From: Candidatus Latescibacterota bacterium
GTDB taxonomy: Bacteria; Latescibacterota; UBA2968; UBA8231
Reading direction: 5' to 3'
Length of the DNA stretch: 64,000 bases
NCBI GenBank assembly: GCA_965217585.1
Contig: OZ244561.1
Coordinates: 7,232,001-7,296,000 of the forward strand
The position numbers were made by a program, and so were the translations under genes. Below, piece after piece: positions 18,560 through 30,461 of this stretch (positions are counted from its first letter, which is position 1; each line of letters opens with the position of its first letter). The notes beneath the pieces are model-generated. The model did not search any database. It was not told the origin of the DNA and was given only the letters and a program-made list of their open reading frames with translations.

Positions 18560-19159
18560 TTAGGCGAAGCGCCCGCTCGACGCTACGTGCGCCAGCGACC
18601 AGTGGTGCCCTTCGCGCTCGGCGGCAAGGGCTTGGCGCACCGCTTCCACAGCGTCGTCGGCCGTGGTCTCCGCATCCAGCTTGCCGAGGCGTAGACAGCG
18701 CACCTCGATTTGTCCAGTGCGGGCGATCTCGCGGCCGACTAATTCGGCCATAAGCGGTGCCAGCGACTTAGCTTCCGCCTTCGGCAAGGCATTCCACTGA
18801 GGATCAACCAAATATTCTTCCGGGTAGTCACGCAGCAAATCGAGATCACTCAGCAGCACCGCTTTCTCAATGCCGACAGCACAGGCTGCCGTCAGCGCCA
18901 CGTAGGTGCCCCGCGCCGCCAAGTCGAGCACAGCCCCTTCGTCGTCGCCAATCGGATCGCCGCTCACCGCATGAACAATGGCCTCCACGCCAGCCAACGC
19001 CGGGTCCAATGCCTCGCGCTGGAGCAAATCGACCTGCCGGTAGTTGGCTAGGTCGCTGGTCTCTTCTGCACCAATCGCCACCACCTCAAAGTTCACGCCC
19101 AAGCCAGCCGCCAGCAGCGCACCCCAGGGGCGATCCGCGCCAATTACCGCCACGCGCAT
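18560..19159 (-). CDS. NAD(P)-binding epimerase-like protein (degenerate motifs)
   Basis: MRVAVIGA start after GAGGAG; Rossmann-like; YxxxK not evident. Confidence 0.65.
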   Translation of the reverse strand: MRVAVIGADRPWGALLAAGLGVNFEVVAIGAEETSDLANYRQVDLLQREALDPALAGVEAIVHAVSGDPIGDDEGAVLDLAARGTYVALTAACAVGIEKAVLLSDLDLLRDYPEEYLVDPQWNALPKAEAKSLAPLMAELVGREIARTGQIEVRCLRLGKLDAETTADDAVEAVRQALAAEREGHHWSLAHVASSGRFA

Positions 19160-19199
19160 AGTATCTCCTCTACCAAGAAAGTCATCGTGCTGTTCAGAA

Positions 19200-19478
19200 T
19201 CATGACACCATTTCAGTGATATTTCTATCATCCAAAAAAGCAACAGGCTCTTCTGCTTTACCATTTTCCCACATAAGGGAATAAAACCAAATGCCACTCT
19301 CACCAATGCAGAAATCTGCGGGAGTAAAAGTCATTTTTGAGTCCAGTGGCGGATCAGACTTTTCGGGATTGTATTCTGCCGGCCAGCCAAATGCCTCACC
19401 GACCCATACCTGTCCTTTATCATGAAGTTTTTTCGCAAACACCACGACATCGTCGATGTTTGGAATGGCGACGGGCAC
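19200..19478 (-). CDS. Hypothetical acidic protein (92 aa)
   Basis: Starts 8 nt after the nuclease stop; AT-rich. Confidence 0.6.
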   Translation of the reverse strand: MPVAIPNIDDVVVFAKKLHDKGQVWVGEAFGWPAEYNPEKSDPPLDSKMTFTPADFCIGESGIWFYSLMWENGKAEEPVAFLDDRNITEMVS

Positions 19479-19486
19479 AATGGGTA

Positions 19487-19963
19487 TCAGTGCTCGATAA
19501 CGGGAAAGCTCGTATCCCAGTCATTCCTGTATTGCGACAAGGGGTACCCATTACAGGTAATGCTGTTCGCCTCGGAACGCAACCGCAATACAAGCCTACC
19601 TCTGTTTTCGCTCCCCATGCCATCCGCCCGGTAACGCTCTAGAGCCTCTCGGTCAATAACGACAAAATTATCCCAATAATCTTGAAGCCGAATGGCAAAA
19701 ATATACGTTACATCTGGAATCATCTGCTTCTGAAGCTGCGAGAGCGGAAGATTAAACTGTGCGCTGTATCCGTACTTATGCAATTTTGCCACAGCCGTCT
19801 TCACTTGTACTCGACGTAGATCACCATTTCTATCGTGGACGACGAAAATATCGTCGCCCACATCTACCTCTGGAATGGCTGTATTCCAACCCCGAAGAAG
19901 AAGCTCTGCCATAACTGCTAAATGACCTGCTCTACCAGTGTACAGGTTGATCCTTTTAGGCAT
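19487..19963 (-). CDS. PD-(D/E)XK-superfamily nuclease
   Basis: GRAGHLAVMAELLLRGW...PEVDVGDDIFV...RVQVKT. Confidence 0.7.
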   Translation of the reverse strand: MPKRINLYTGRAGHLAVMAELLLRGWNTAIPEVDVGDDIFVVHDRNGDLRRVQVKTAVAKLHKYGYSAQFNLPLSQLQKQMIPDVTYIFAIRLQDYWDNFVVIDREALERYRADGMGSENRGRLVLRLRSEANSITCNGYPLSQYRNDWDTSFPVIEH

Positions 19964-21146
19964 ATTGTGTCGAAGGCTCAAATAAGGTATCCAGTGTCCT
20001 AGTATCTACAAATACGACTCCACCAAATTCCTGAAGTTCTGTTGCTGAATAGCCGGTTAGGATCTCTACAGTGTGTTTCCATGTTGAGCCATGAAAAAAC
20101 TCAAGGTGCCGTTCAGTCTCATATGAGACAAACACACTTGCAGGCAGCTCCCCTAAATCCTGTATTTTTAGCACTCCTCGACTCCAAGGATCTAGCGCAC
20201 ATGTATATCCATCCAGTTGTTCGGTTACATAAATCGCAACCTTGGACATCTGTCTGAATTTATGCACAATTTGTTCTTTTTCATAAGATCTTATCAACAG
20301 CTTTGATGCATCGCCAAACATCCACCGTCGATAGTAAGCCTGTTCTCCTTTTGTTTCGCGAGAGGCAATCGCATCTGCGAATGTCAATAAAACTAAGTAG
20401 TCTAAGTCATATTTTATGTTGGCCAATTTTTTATCTGATATGCTCCTAAACTTATCTTCACCTCGGCATTCTCTATCACAACATACCGCAAGAAGCGATT
20501 TAGATAGATGCCACAGGACCCAAGTGGGATCTACTTTATCAGGATTTTGAACAACGTTCTTCAATACTAACCGAATATTCTCTGGGTCATTGATCAAATT
20601 ATGACAGACCTGAACAACTTCCCTATCATTGGGATCCCTGTTTCTAATCTTTTCTATATCTTCTTCGCGAAATGGTGATTGAGAAACTGCAAGGTTCCGT
20701 AATAATTCAAGACTGCTCTTACTTTCTGTTTCTTCCTTCCAATCCTTAATTAGTGTCTCCAAATCGTCAGATTGAAATTCTGAATTTTCTTTTAACATCT
20801 TCCGCAGGTTTTCAGTTTTTTTATCATCTACGGGATCACCGTACGGACGATGATCTTCAAGCTCAACCTTGCACATCTTGGATACATGTTCACAGACCTC
20901 GATAGCATCCCTGTACTCCACAAGCCGGGGTATTGCTAGGGACCATTGATTGTGATCAGATGTGATAAGCTCACGAGCTAAAGTATCGATTAGCATGATG
21001 CGACCACCCTGTTCACATATGGTGCGAAGCGGCGCACCATCCCTTTTCATGCCGCGAATATAACTAGCGTCGATGATAATGCGTGGATTTATCACTTGTC
21101 CATTACTGTCAACCCGCTTATCAACCTGCTTGATCTCGCCTTCCAT
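19956..21146 (-). CDS. Hypothetical protein with possible PIN-like N-terminal domain
   Basis: IIIDASYI...RE...DLDY...IASRE acidic pattern; strong RBS GGAGG. Confidence 0.6.
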   Translation of the reverse strand: MEGEIKQVDKRVDSNGQVINPRIIIDASYIRGMKRDGAPLRTICEQGGRIMLIDTLARELITSDHNQWSLAIPRLVEYRDAIEVCEHVSKMCKVELEDHRPYGDPVDDKKTENLRKMLKENSEFQSDDLETLIKDWKEETESKSSLELLRNLAVSQSPFREEDIEKIRNRDPNDREVVQVCHNLINDPENIRLVLKNVVQNPDKVDPTWVLWHLSKSLLAVCCDRECRGEDKFRSISDKKLANIKYDLDYLVLLTFADAIASRETKGEQAYYRRWMFGDASKLLIRSYEKEQIVHKFRQMSKVAIYVTEQLDGYTCALDPWSRGVLKIQDLGELPASVFVSYETERHLEFFHGSTWKHTVEILTGYSATELQEFGGVVFVDTRTLDTLFEPSTQYA

Positions 21147-21250
21147 GGTTCTTACCTCCTGTCAACCTCCGTAACTTCCATTGGCCAAATTAACCATCCT
21201 CCTGTTTTGCGCTTCCTGACCTCAGCCAGACTTTACCACTGGGATACGAC

Positions 21251-21677
21251 TCACCCGTCATGACCATCAGGATGTGCTAATCTCAACTCTCTTAGGTGAT
21301 TCTTCAGTCGCTTGGCCATAGGTTTCATCATTGCCGCAGTCACGCCGGCGGAAACAAGTCCGCCAACAATTGGCACGACTTTTGACACGCTACGCGCAAA
21401 GGTGTTTTTGGTGACGTTAATTCCAATCCATTTGCCAATCTGTTTGATTAGCGGGTAGTACGCAGTCCTAGTGAGCGCCTGCCTCGGAAGACGTCGCGCA
21501 ATTTCGCTAGCAAATCGCTCAGCCACCTCGCTTATTACTTTGTTAGCCACCTGAGCACCCATCATCACTCCGATGAGCAGTGTAATCTTCGCCTTGGTCT
21601 CTTCGTCAGCCTCGTCTTCCTTCAGTAAATTATGGAGTTGAGAATAAAGAAAGCTATTGCGTTCAACTTTCGCTCCA
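21251..21677 (-). pseudogene. 5'-truncated EcsC-like protein fragment
   Basis: ALTRTAYYPLIKQIGKWIG...SKVVPIVGGLVS resembles the C-terminal half of that family; no proper start; cut at the islet boundary. Confidence 0.5.
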
Positions 21678-21678
21678 T

Positions 21679-22479
21679 CTACCAAGAAAGCTTCTCAGAC
21701 AAGTTGTGAAAAAAGTACTTATCGTCGAGGTATATCAGCCGCGCCGTATGTGCGGCTTGGCCGACGTACACCTCTTGCTCGGGGGCTAGGCTGCATATCT
21801 CGTGGCCATCGGCAATGAGCGCCACGTGACTGTCTAAGGTCTCGGAGCTGACGCACAGCCGCACCCGTTTCTCGGCCGGCAGGATCAAGGTCCGCGACGT
21901 GAAGTTGTATTCGTTGATGCCGTCGAGCAACATGCAGCGCACCTCGGGCATGACCAGCGGCGCACCCATCGACAGCAACAGTCCGGTGCTACCCGTCGGC
22001 GTGCCGACGACCACGCCGTCGCCGCGAATGGTGCGGATTTTGGCGTCGTCAACGAAGACGTCCGTAGAGAGCATTTTGTGGTGGGCCCGCAAGGTCACCT
22101 CGTTGAAGACCAGACTCTCGCCGCCGGGATAGCGGCAAGAAAGCACCAAGCGCTCGCTGACGAAGTACTGGCCATCAACTAAGAGCTGGACGATGCGCGC
22201 CAAGTCCTTGCGGTCCCCAGCGGTCAAAAAGCCAACGGTGCCGAAATTGATCGCCAGCACCGGCCACTGTGGGAAACGAGCAAAGGCGCGGAGCACCGTG
22301 CCGTCGCCCCCGAGCGCAATTACCAAGTCCAGGTCGTCCGGGTGCTCATCTTCCTCGATAAAGCGCACTACAATCCCATGCGCGGCAAAAAGGTCGCGCA
22401 CCTCGGCTACCGGATAGTCCAAATCCCGGTCGCGCGGCAGGACCCCGACCTTTTTTAGTTCGAGTGGCACCGACGCCAA
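21679..22479 (-). CDS. nadK: NAD(+) kinase
   Basis: GGDGT, GTVGFL, NE, GDG...TPTGST. Confidence 0.9.
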   Translation of the reverse strand: MASVPLELKKVGVLPRDRDLDYPVAEVRDLFAAHGIVVRFIEEDEHPDDLDLVIALGGDGTVLRAFARFPQWPVLAINFGTVGFLTAGDRKDLARIVQLLVDGQYFVSERLVLSCRYPGGESLVFNEVTLRAHHKMLSTDVFVDDAKIRTIRGDGVVVGTPTGSTGLLLSMGAPLVMPEVRCMLLDGINEYNFTSRTLILPAEKRVRLCVSSETLDSHVALIADGHEICSLAPEQEVYVGQAAHTARLIYLDDKYFFHNLSEKLSW

Positions 22480-22488
22480 CCCGGAGGG

Positions 22489-23400
22489 CTACTTGGCCCG
22501 CGCCTGTTTGCCGGCCTGGGCCTCATAGGCCTTGATCAGCGCCTGAGTCCCTTCCTCGGAGCAACCGGCGCGCTCGACGATGTTGAAGAACTGGTGCGCG
22601 ATGCTCACGGCCGGCAAGGCCAGCTTGACATCGTTGGCCGCCTGCAAGACCAACCTCAGGTCCTTTTGCTGCAAATAGACCATAAAGCCCGGATCAAAAT
22701 CGCCAGCGGCAATGCGCGGGCCTAAGTTGCTCAACTGCCAAGAGCCAGCCGCCCCACCGCTGATGGCGTCAATGACCTTCTGCACATCGAGGTCTGCCGC
22801 GGCCGCCAGCATCAGGGCCTCGGCCATAGCCATGTTGTTGACCGAAACCGCGATCTGGTTGCAGAGCTTGGTAGTCTGACCCGCGCCGTTGGAGCCGATC
22901 AGGTTGATATTCGTGCCCATCGCCTCAAAGACCGGCAGGCACTGATTAAAGACATCCTCGTCGCCGCCGACCATGATCGACAGGGTGCCGTTGATCGCGC
23001 CCACATCCCCGCCGCTGACGGGCGCGTCGAGCATGGCCACGCCCCGTTCCTGCAAGGCGGCAGCCACTTCGTGGGTGACCTTGGGCGAAACCGTGCTCAT
23101 ATCGATGACGACCGCGCCCACTTTGGCTCCGTGAATCGCGCCCTCCTCGCCCACGAGCACGGCCTCCATATCGGGCGTGTCCGTGACGATGCTGATGATG
23201 ACGTCCGCACCCGTCGCCGCCTCTTTGGGCGAGCCGACGCGCACGCCACCGGCCGCGACGACTTCGTCAACGCGCGGCCGGTCGCTGCGGTTGTACACGT
23301 TGAGCTGATAACCGGCTGCGAGCAGGTTCTTGGCCATAGGCACGCCCATGATCCCCAAGCCGATAAAGCCGATTTGCGTTTGCCCCGGTGCTGCTGACAT
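22489..23400 (-). CDS. garR: 2-hydroxy-3-oxopropionate reductase / beta-hydroxyacid dehydrogenase family
   Basis: GFIGLGIMG, DAPVSGG, KLCNQ, KDL. Confidence 0.75.
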   Translation of the reverse strand: MSAAPGQTQIGFIGLGIMGVPMAKNLLAAGYQLNVYNRSDRPRVDEVVAAGGVRVGSPKEAATGADVIISIVTDTPDMEAVLVGEEGAIHGAKVGAVVIDMSTVSPKVTHEVAAALQERGVAMLDAPVSGGDVGAINGTLSIMVGGDEDVFNQCLPVFEAMGTNINLIGSNGAGQTTKLCNQIAVSVNNMAMAEALMLAAAADLDVQKVIDAISGGAAGSWQLSNLGPRIAAGDFDPGFMVYLQQKDLRLVLQAANDVKLALPAVSIAHQFFNIVERAGCSEEGTQALIKAYEAQAGKQARAK

Positions 23401-23414
23401 GATCCCTCTCCAAT

Positions 23415-25235
23415 CTAAAACGTGAAAAAGCGATGTCTGTTGTCCTCGATCTCGGCCGTCTCGTACAGGTGCGCGAACCAGTTCTGCACAGCCTCCTGCC
23501 CGCGCTGGGCCTGAAGCTGAGCGACGACCTGCTCGCGCTGCGCGGCGAATTGCTCCTCATCTACCGGCATCTTCTCCAGCAGCCTCAGCAGGTAAGCGCC
23601 TCGCTGGCCGCCCTCGGTGACCTCGATCACTGCGCTGAGCTGACCCTCTTCCAAGCGAAAAGCTGCGCCGATCACCGCGTTGCTGCGGCCTAGATCCGCC
23701 ACCGATTCGGTGCGCGCAAAAGCCTCTGGGGTGTGCCACTCCAGCCCGGCGTTTTGGGCTGCCTGCGCCAAGGTGGCCCCGGCTTCTACTTCCCGCCGCA
23801 CGGCCTCTAACCGGGCCGCGGCGCGGGCGGCCTTTTTGCGCGCGCGCACCAACGGCTCAAGCTGGTCCTTTAGCTCGTCCAAGGGCACTACGCCCTCAGG
23901 GCGTTTGGCCACTAGATGCGCCACCCATAGCCCCAAGTCGTCCTCGATGACTTGGCTGACAGCCCCGGGCTCTTGTTCAAAAAACCAGTTGACGAGCCAA
24001 GTGGTGTTCGCGCTGATGCCCGGCACGGCTTGGCTCTTTTGCAGGAAATTCGTGGGGGTCGTCTCGATGCCAGAGGCCGTGAGCGCGGCCGCGAACCCCT
24101 CGGCCGCGGCCTGCTCTTGGAACGCCTCGGCCCGGCTGCGCAGGCTGTCCTCGGTCGTGCGCGACGGCTGGTGTCTGAGCAGGATGTGGCGGGCGTGTAC
24201 CTTCTCCTCGCCGCTTTCCTCCAAGCGTTCTTCCACCTTGATCAGATGCCAGCCATAGCGCGTCTGCACCGGCTCGGAGAGTTCGCCAGCCGCCAAGGCG
24301 AAAGCCGCTTCCTCAAAGGGCGCGACCATCCGGCCGCGAGCAAAAAAACCAAGGTCGCCGCCTTGGGCGGCTGAGCCTTCGTCGTCGGAGACCACGGCGG
24401 CCAACTCGGCGAAATCCTTACCGACCTCAATCTCTTGGCGGATTCGCTCGATCTCCTCTTTAGTCTCCAGCGAATCCGCCGCACTGGGCTCCTTGAGAAA
24501 GCGCGCGTACTCCAGCTTTACCTGGTCGGGGTGCTCGTAGTCGGCCACGTGCTCTTGGTAGTAGGCAGCCAAATCTTCGTCTGCGACCTCGATCTCGTCA
24601 TCCGGGGCGTCGCTGGGGGCGAATGCGTATTCGATGCGCACTTTTTCGTTGGCCTCGGCAAAGTGATGGCGCGCCTCGTTGGGACTCACCTGTGCAGTGC
24701 CCCGCAGCATTCGCTGTAGCCTGTAATCGAGCAATTGCCGCTCAATCGTGCTCTCGATCCACATTACTAAGGCTTGGTTGTTGGGATCGCTGAGATTGGC
24801 CGGATTGCCGATGAACTGGACGTACTTGTCCATGTCGAACGCACCGTCGGTCTGAAAGACCTCGAATTCGCGCACGGCCTGCGGGGGCTTGTTCCGCGTG
24901 TAAAAGGCGATTTCCCCGTCGGTCACCTCGAAGCCCAAGCGCTCGTACTCTTGGGTCAGGATGATCTCGCGGACATAGTAGTCCCACACTTGCCGCACGA
25001 GCAGGGCCTGATCGCCGCGCTGCTCCTGCGGCATCTGGCGCGCTACCCGCCGCAGCGCGTCTTGGAACTCCTGGAGAGAAATGGTCTCGCCATTGATCAC
25101 GCCGACCGCATCGCCGGCACTGTTGGTGCTCGGACCCGAGTAGTCGGCTCCCCATTCGACGACGATCAAGCCGATAAAGGCGAATATCACAAACCACAGG
25201 ACGAACACCGTCTTTTGGCGCAACAAAGTCATCAT
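23415..25235 (-). CDS. ppiD: PpiD-like membrane-anchored parvulin PPIase
   Basis: N-terminal TM, SurA-N region, [20 protein letters not shown]. Confidence 0.8.
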   Translation of the reverse strand: MMTLLRQKTVFVLWFVIFAFIGLIVVEWGADYSGPSTNSAGDAVGVINGETISLQEFQDALRRVARQMPQEQRGDQALLVRQVWDYYVREIILTQEYERLGFEVTDGEIAFYTRNKPPQAVREFEVFQTDGAFDMDKYVQFIGNPANLSDPNNQALVMWIESTIERQLLDYRLQRMLRGTAQVSPNEARHHFAEANEKVRIEYAFAPSDAPDDEIEVADEDLAAYYQEHVADYEHPDQVKLEYARFLKEPSAADSLETKEEIERIRQEIEVGKDFAELAAVVSDDEGSAAQGGDLGFFARGRMVAPFEEAAFALAAGELSEPVQTRYGWHLIKVEERLEESGEEKVHARHILLRHQPSRTTEDSLRSRAEAFQEQAAAEGFAAALTASGIETTPTNFLQKSQAVPGISANTTWLVNWFFEQEPGAVSQVIEDDLGLWVAHLVAKRPEGVVPLDELKDQLEPLVRARKKAARAAARLEAVRREVEAGATLAQAAQNAGLEWHTPEAFARTESVADLGRSNAVIGAAFRLEEGQLSAVIEVTEGGQRGAYLLRLLEKMPVDEEQFAAQREQVVAQLQAQRGQEAVQNWFAHLYETAEIEDNRHRFFTF

Positions 25236-25252
25236 AAGCTATCGTTCTCCTA

Positions 25253-26281
25253 CTATCTTGCGTTTTTTTCGTTAGCCTCAGCAGCCAGCCGGTTCTTCAG
25301 CTCCGCAGGATAGCGGAGCAGACAGGCCGTGCTGTGGCCGCCACCCAGATCGACGAGGCGCGGCACGACGCGGGTGCAGATCGCTTGGCGCTCTGGGCAG
25401 CGCGGGTGAAAGGGGCATCCCGAGGGCACGGCCGCCGGATTGGGCGCGTCGCCCTCCAAGAGGACGCGCTGCCGCTTAGTCTGTGGGTCGGGCGCGGGCA
25501 CGGCCGCGAGCAGTGCCCGCGTATAGGGATGAGACGGCTGGCGGTAGAGCTGATCGCGAGCCGCCACTTCGACTACGCGACCCAAGTACATCACCGCCAC
25601 CCGATCTGAAATGTGGCGCACCACGCTCAAGTCGTGGGCAATAAACATATAGGTTAAGCCTAAATCGCGCTGTAGGTCTTGCAGCAAGTTGATGATCTGG
25701 GCTTGTACCGAAACGTCCAGCGCGGACACTGGCTCGTCGGCGACGATAAACTGCGGCTGCACCGCCAAGGCGCGGGCAATGCCAATGCGCTGGCGTTGCC
25801 CGCCGGAAAACTCGTGCGGGTAGCGCCGCACGCAATCCGCCGGCAACCCGACCATCTCCAGCAACTCCCCCACCCGCTCGGCCAACTCGGCGCGCTCGGC
25901 AAGGCCGTGGACCTTCAGGGCCTCGCCGATAATGCCGCCCACCGTCATTCGCGGATTGAGCGACGCATACGGGTCTTGGAAGATGATCTGCATGTCCCGC
26001 CGCTGCCGCCGCATGGCCTCCTTGCCCAACCCCAACAAGTCCACTCCGGCAAAGAGCACTTGCCCGGCCGTGGCCTCGATTAGCCGCAGCATGAGCCTCC
26101 CCAGCGTGGTCTTGCCGCAGCCGCTCTCGCCGACTACGCCCAAGGTCTCGCCGCGCCCAATCGCCAGATTGACCCCGTCAACGGCCTTGACGTGGGCCTG
26201 CACCCGGCTCCAAAGCCCCCGGCGCACAGGGAAGTGTTTTTTGAGTCCTTTGACCTCGACCAAAGGCACAGCTTGGCTCAT
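25253..26281 (-). CDS. oppF: Oligopeptide/dipeptide ABC ATPase (OppF type)
   Basis: [35 protein letters not shown]. Confidence 0.85.
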   Translation of the reverse strand: MSQAVPLVEVKGLKKHFPVRRGLWSRVQAHVKAVDGVNLAIGRGETLGVVGESGCGKTTLGRLMLRLIEATAGQVLFAGVDLLGLGKEAMRRQRRDMQIIFQDPYASLNPRMTVGGIIGEALKVHGLAERAELAERVGELLEMVGLPADCVRRYPHEFSGGQRQRIGIARALAVQPQFIVADEPVSALDVSVQAQIINLLQDLQRDLGLTYMFIAHDLSVVRHISDRVAVMYLGRVVEVAARDQLYRQPSHPYTRALLAAVPAPDPQTKRQRVLLEGDAPNPAAVPSGCPFHPRCPERQAICTRVVPRLVDLGGGHSTACLLRYPAELKNRLAAEANEKNAR

Positions 26282-27258
26282 GCGTCCCCCGCCTTCCAAC
26301 AACTCGCCCAATGTCCGGCCTCAACTTCCTCTAGCGGCGGCGCTTCAGCCCGACAGTGGGCGTCGGCCAGCGGGCAGCGCGGAGCAAAGCGACACCCCTG
26401 TGGGAAGGCGCGAGCGTCGGGCACCACGCCCGGGATAATGTCCAATCGCTCCTGCTCGTCGTCCAGCCGCGGAATCGAGCGCAGCAAGCCGCGCGTATAA
26501 GGATGTTGCGGGCGGGCAAAGAGCGCTTGCGTTTCCGCGTGTTCGACGATTTGGCCGGCGTACATGACCGCCACTTGGTCGGCGGTCTCGGCGATCACCC
26601 CGAGGTCGTGGGTGATCATCACAATCGCCATTTGCAGGGATTCTTGCAGCGACTCCAACAGCGCGAGGATCTGCGCTTGGATCGTCACGTCGAGGGCCGT
26701 GGTCGGCTCGTCGGCAATCAGCACGTCTGGGTTGCACGACAGCGCCATGGCGATCATCACCCGCTGGCGCATCCCACCTGACAGTTGGTGGGGATATTCG
26801 TCGATCCGCTGTTCGGGCGCTGGGATCCTCACCAGATGCAGCATCTCGATCGCCCGGGTGCGCGCTTCCTGCATGGGGACCTGCTGGTGCAGGACCACGG
26901 CCTCGGCGATCTGGAACCCGCAGGTCAGCACCGGGTTGAGGCTCGTCATCGGCTCTTGGAAAATCATCGCGATGTCGTCGCCGCGCACTCGGCGCATCCC
27001 CTCCTCGTCCAGCGCGAGCAAGTCGCGCCCCTTGAGCAGGATCTGCCCGGCCTCAATGCGTCCCGGTGGATCGGGCACCAAGCGCATGATCGAGAAGGCG
27101 CTGACGCTCTTGCCGCAGCCGCTTTCGCCGACTAGCCCCAGCGTCTGGCCCCGCCCCACCGCAAACGACACCCCATCGACGGCACGGGCAACGCCTTCTT
27201 CCGTGTGGAAGTAGGTCCGCAAATCGCGGACCTCTAACAGGGGATCCTGCGCGATCAT
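26278..27258 (-). CDS. oppD: Oligopeptide/dipeptide ABC ATPase (OppD type)
   Basis: [24 protein letters not shown]. Confidence 0.85.
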   Translation of the reverse strand: MIAQDPLLEVRDLRTYFHTEEGVARAVDGVSFAVGRGQTLGLVGESGCGKSVSAFSIMRLVPDPPGRIEAGQILLKGRDLLALDEEGMRRVRGDDIAMIFQEPMTSLNPVLTCGFQIAEAVVLHQQVPMQEARTRAIEMLHLVRIPAPEQRIDEYPHQLSGGMRQRVMIAMALSCNPDVLIADEPTTALDVTIQAQILALLESLQESLQMAIVMITHDLGVIAETADQVAVMYAGQIVEHAETQALFARPQHPYTRGLLRSIPRLDDEQERLDIIPGVVPDARAFPQGCRFAPRCPLADAHCRAEAPPLEEVEAGHWASCWKAGDA

Positions 27259-28031
27259 GCGCTGTCCCTTTCCCAGACCGCAGCCCGGCGCATTTCGTCT
27301 GCGGCCAGCGTGCCCCAGCGCATTGTTGCGCCGAGTTGGCGTCTAAAGCCCTCGACCAAGCAATCGACCAACTCGGCCCGGTCGATTGGCCGCCCCATGC
27401 AGGACTGCAAATTTGTGCTGTGCGCTCGTACCTGCCGGGTCCACTTTTGCCGCGCGCCTTCGTCAACTCGCATAAGTTGTGGCAGGCGCTCGTGCGCCCG
27501 GCCGAGCAAGATTGACCCATGTTGCAGCAAGCGACGTCCGTAGCGCCGCTGTGCGCTGCCGACCAGCTTGCGCTGCTGGCACTTGAGCTCCCAGCGCGCC
27601 GTGCTGCCAAAACAAGGACCCGACCGCGAGACCCCAACGCAACGGCCGGCCTTTTCCAACTCCACAGGAGCCCCGAAAAGCCGCAGCCCCTCGGCCAAGC
27701 ACGCGCCGATCTGGCGGTGCGTGGCCTCTATCCCGCCGCCCGCGACCAATACCTCCGCAACGCAGGCGACGCTGTAGGTCAATTCCTCCCAGTGCAGTAC
27801 CGCGCGCCCGCCTGTGGGCCGGCGCACCAAGTCAATGCCCAGTGCGCGGCAGGCTTCTACATTGGCCTCGCGCTCGGGTTGCTGATTCCAGCCGCAGGAG
27901 ACGGCCGGCGGGTCCCAGCCGTAGAAGCGCAGCACCGGGCCTTGGGCCGCGGCGGCGAGGACCTGATCGACTCCCATGTTGTACGCGCCACAGTTCGCAC
28001 CCGTATCGACGACGCGCCAAGCAAAATTCAT
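27255..28031 (-). CDS. Lipoate-protein ligase / LipM-type octanoyltransferase
   Basis: [35 protein letters not shown]. Confidence 0.85.
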   Translation of the reverse strand: MNFAWRVVDTGANCGAYNMGVDQVLAAAAQGPVLRFYGWDPPAVSCGWNQQPEREANVEACRALGIDLVRRPTGGRAVLHWEELTYSVACVAEVLVAGGGIEATHRQIGACLAEGLRLFGAPVELEKAGRCVGVSRSGPCFGSTARWELKCQQRKLVGSAQRRYGRRLLQHGSILLGRAHERLPQLMRVDEGARQKWTRQVRAHSTNLQSCMGRPIDRAELVDCLVEGFRRQLGATMRWGTLAADEMRRAAVWERDSA

Positions 28032-28789
28032 TAGAGCACGTCCAAACTCTCGAGGGCGTCCTTGGCCGCCATCTGTTGCGCCTCCTTCTTGCTCCGCCCC
28101 TGGCCCCAACCCATGCGCTGGCCGGTGATGCACACTTCGACGCTGAAGATCTTGTCGTGGTCAGGCCCCTCCTCTGCGTGGACCAAGTAGCGGGGGTGAC
28201 CATTGCCCATGCTCTGCGAGTATTCGAGCAACTTGCTCTTGAAGTTGACGTACGCGTCCTGGTGGACTATTTGATGAAAATCCGCGAGCACCGCGCACCG
28301 AACAAAGGAGCGGGCGGCTTCCAAGCCACCGTCGAGATAGATGGCCCCAATCAGCGACTCCAAAGCGTCGCAGAGGATCGACGGCTGCTGCCCGCCGTTG
28401 GCCTCGCGCTCGTCCGTGCTCAGCAACACAAAGGCCCCCACCCCAAGGCGGTCCGCCTGGAGCGCCAGCACCGTGCGGCTGACCAACAGCGACTTCATCT
28501 GGGTCAAATCGCCCTCGCCCTTGTCCTCAAAGCGGCGAAAGAGGTATTCGGTGACCAACAGCTCCAGTACGGCGTCGCCGAGAAATTCGAGCCGCTCGTT
28601 CGACTCGATGCGGTCGCTGCCCTCCTCAGCGTACACATACGATCGATGCTTGAGGGCTTTGACCAACAAATTCTTGTCCTTAAAGTAGTAGCCCAACCGA
28701 TTTTCAAGGGCGCGCCGCGAACCCAAGGCAAGCTTTTCTGGGTCGACCGTCGGCTTGCAGCGATTCCAAAGGGTTGAAATCCAGCTCAT
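28031..28789 (-). CDS. rnc: Ribonuclease III
   Basis: NERLEFLGDAVL signature and dsRBD. Confidence 0.95.
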   Translation of the reverse strand: MSWISTLWNRCKPTVDPEKLALGSRRALENRLGYYFKDKNLLVKALKHRSYVYAEEGSDRIESNERLEFLGDAVLELLVTEYLFRRFEDKGEGDLTQMKSLLVSRTVLALQADRLGVGAFVLLSTDEREANGGQQPSILCDALESLIGAIYLDGGLEAARSFVRCAVLADFHQIVHQDAYVNFKSKLLEYSQSMGNGHPRYLVHAEEGPDHDKIFSVEVCITGQRMGWGQGRSKKEAQQMAAKDALESLDVL

Positions 28790-28855
28790 CAGCCTAATTC
28801 CCGATTGAAAACCTCGTTTGCACGGGGAGTGCACGGGGAGTACTCGGGGAGTGCG

Positions 28856-30115
28856 TCAGCCGGTGAAGCGACCAAACACCAGCGCCACGTTGTGGCCGCC
28901 AAAGCCAAAGGAGTTGTTGAGGGCGTAGTTTACCTGCACGCGGCGCGCCTCGTTGGGCACGTAGTCGAGGTCGCATTCGGGATCGGGGTTTTCGTAGTTG
29001 ATCGTCGGCGGCAGAACCCCGCATTTGAGCGCCATGATGCAGGCGATGCTCTCGATGGCCCCGGCTGCACCCAACAAATGCCCAGTCATCGACTTGGTCG
29101 AACTTACGGCCACGCTGTCGGTGTGGCCGACGAAGACCGTCTTGAGCGCCGCGGTCTCCTGGTGGTCGCCCATGGGCGTCGAGGTGCCGTGGGCATTGAC
29201 GTACCCAATGTCGCTCGGTTCCAAGCCCCCGTCCTGCAGCGCGATGCGGATGGCCCGCGCACCGCCCTCGGCCTCTGGCGCCATCGCCGTTTGGTGATAG
29301 GCGTCGGCGGTAAAACCCAGCCCGAGAAATTCCCCGTAGATCTCGGCCCCGCGCCTCTGGGCGTGCTCCAATTCCTCCAAGATGACGGCTCCAGCCCCTT
29401 CGCCGAGCACGAAGCCATCGCGCTCAGCGTCAAAGGGTCGGCTGGCCCGCTCGGGCTCGTCGTTGCGCGTCGATAGGGCCTTGGCCGAGGAAAAGCCAGC
29501 CGTGGAGATGGGGGTGACGGCCGCTTCCGAACCGCCGGTCACCATCACGTCGGCTTCCCCGTACTGGATCTTGCGCGCCGACTCGCCGAGGGCGTGGGCG
29601 GCTGACGAACAGGCCGACACCGTGGCGTAGTTAGGCCCTTTGGCCCCCAGCTCCATGGAGATCACGCCCGGGGCCATGTCGGAAATCATCATGGGCACGT
29701 AGAACGGGCTGATGCGCTTGGGTCCTTTCTCCATCAGGATGGTGTGCTGTTGTTCGTGGGTCTGAATCCCGCCGATGCCCGAGCCCCAGATGACGCCCAC
29801 GCGCTCGGGGTCCACTGCTTCCATGTCGAGCTGAGCGCGGCCGGCCGCCTCCTTGGCCACGCAGACTGCGTAGTGCGTGAAGGCGTCGTTGCGGCGCACA
29901 TCCTTGCGGTCCATGACCGCCTCCGGGTCGAAATCCTTGACCTCGGCGGCGATCGTAGTCCGGTGTTGGGAAGCGTCGAACTTGGTGATCGGCCCGACCC
30001 CAGAGCGGCCGGCTAGGAGGGCGTCCCAGAACGTCGGCAGGTCGTTGCCATTGGGCGCTAAAACCCCCAAGCCCGTGACGACGGCTCGGCGCCTCTGCAC
30101 TGGAGTTCCGTTCAC
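28856..30115 (-). CDS. fabF: 3-oxoacyl-ACP synthase II
   Basis: [28 protein letters not shown]. Confidence 0.95.
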   Translation of the reverse strand: MNGTPVQRRRAVVTGLGVLAPNGNDLPTFWDALLAGRSGVGPITKFDASQHRTTIAAEVKDFDPEAVMDRKDVRRNDAFTHYAVCVAKEAAGRAQLDMEAVDPERVGVIWGSGIGGIQTHEQQHTILMEKGPKRISPFYVPMMISDMAPGVISMELGAKGPNYATVSACSSAAHALGESARKIQYGEADVMVTGGSEAAVTPISTAGFSSAKALSTRNDEPERASRPFDAERDGFVLGEGAGAVILEELEHAQRRGAEIYGEFLGLGFTADAYHQTAMAPEAEGGARAIRIALQDGGLEPSDIGYVNAHGTSTPMGDHQETAALKTVFVGHTDSVAVSSTKSMTGHLLGAAGAIESIACIMALKCGVLPPTINYENPDPECDLDYVPNEARRVQVNYALNNSFGFGGHNVALVFGRFTG

Positions 30116-30351
30116 GCCTTGCTATTCTCTTCTAGATATTTAATCGCGTCGGCTACGACCGCCATCTTCTCGGCGTCCTCGTCCGGGATGTCGATCCCGA
30201 ATTCCTCCTCAAAGGCCATGACCAGCTCGACGGTATCGAGCGAGTCGGCCCCCAAGTCGTCGATGAAAGATGCTTGGGGATTTACTTGATCCTGGCTCAC
30301 GCCGAGCTGTTCGACGACCAGATCTCTCACGCGCTCTTCAATAGAAGCCAT
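30112..30351 (-). CDS. acpP: Acyl carrier protein
   Basis: [12 protein letters not shown]. Confidence 0.97.
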   Translation of the reverse strand: MASIEERVRDLVVEQLGVSQDQVNPQASFIDDLGADSLDTVELVMAFEEEFGIDIPDEDAEKMAVVADAIKYLEENSKA

Positions 30352-30461
30352 GGTGTGTTCCTCTTGGGATAGGAGTGAACTGTTTTACCGCTGAGGCGAA
30401 TAGCCTGCGGTCTTAAAATTAGGGTCTAAATATAGGTGATGAACAATTTTTTTAATAGCCA

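Larger units (their letters stand above)
19169..21690. mobile_element. 2.5-kb AT-rich islet bounded by a 13-bp direct repeat of the nadK 3' end
   Basis: TCTACCAAGAAAG at 19169-19181 and 21678-21690 (contains the nadK stop); no integrase inside. Confidence 0.75.
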
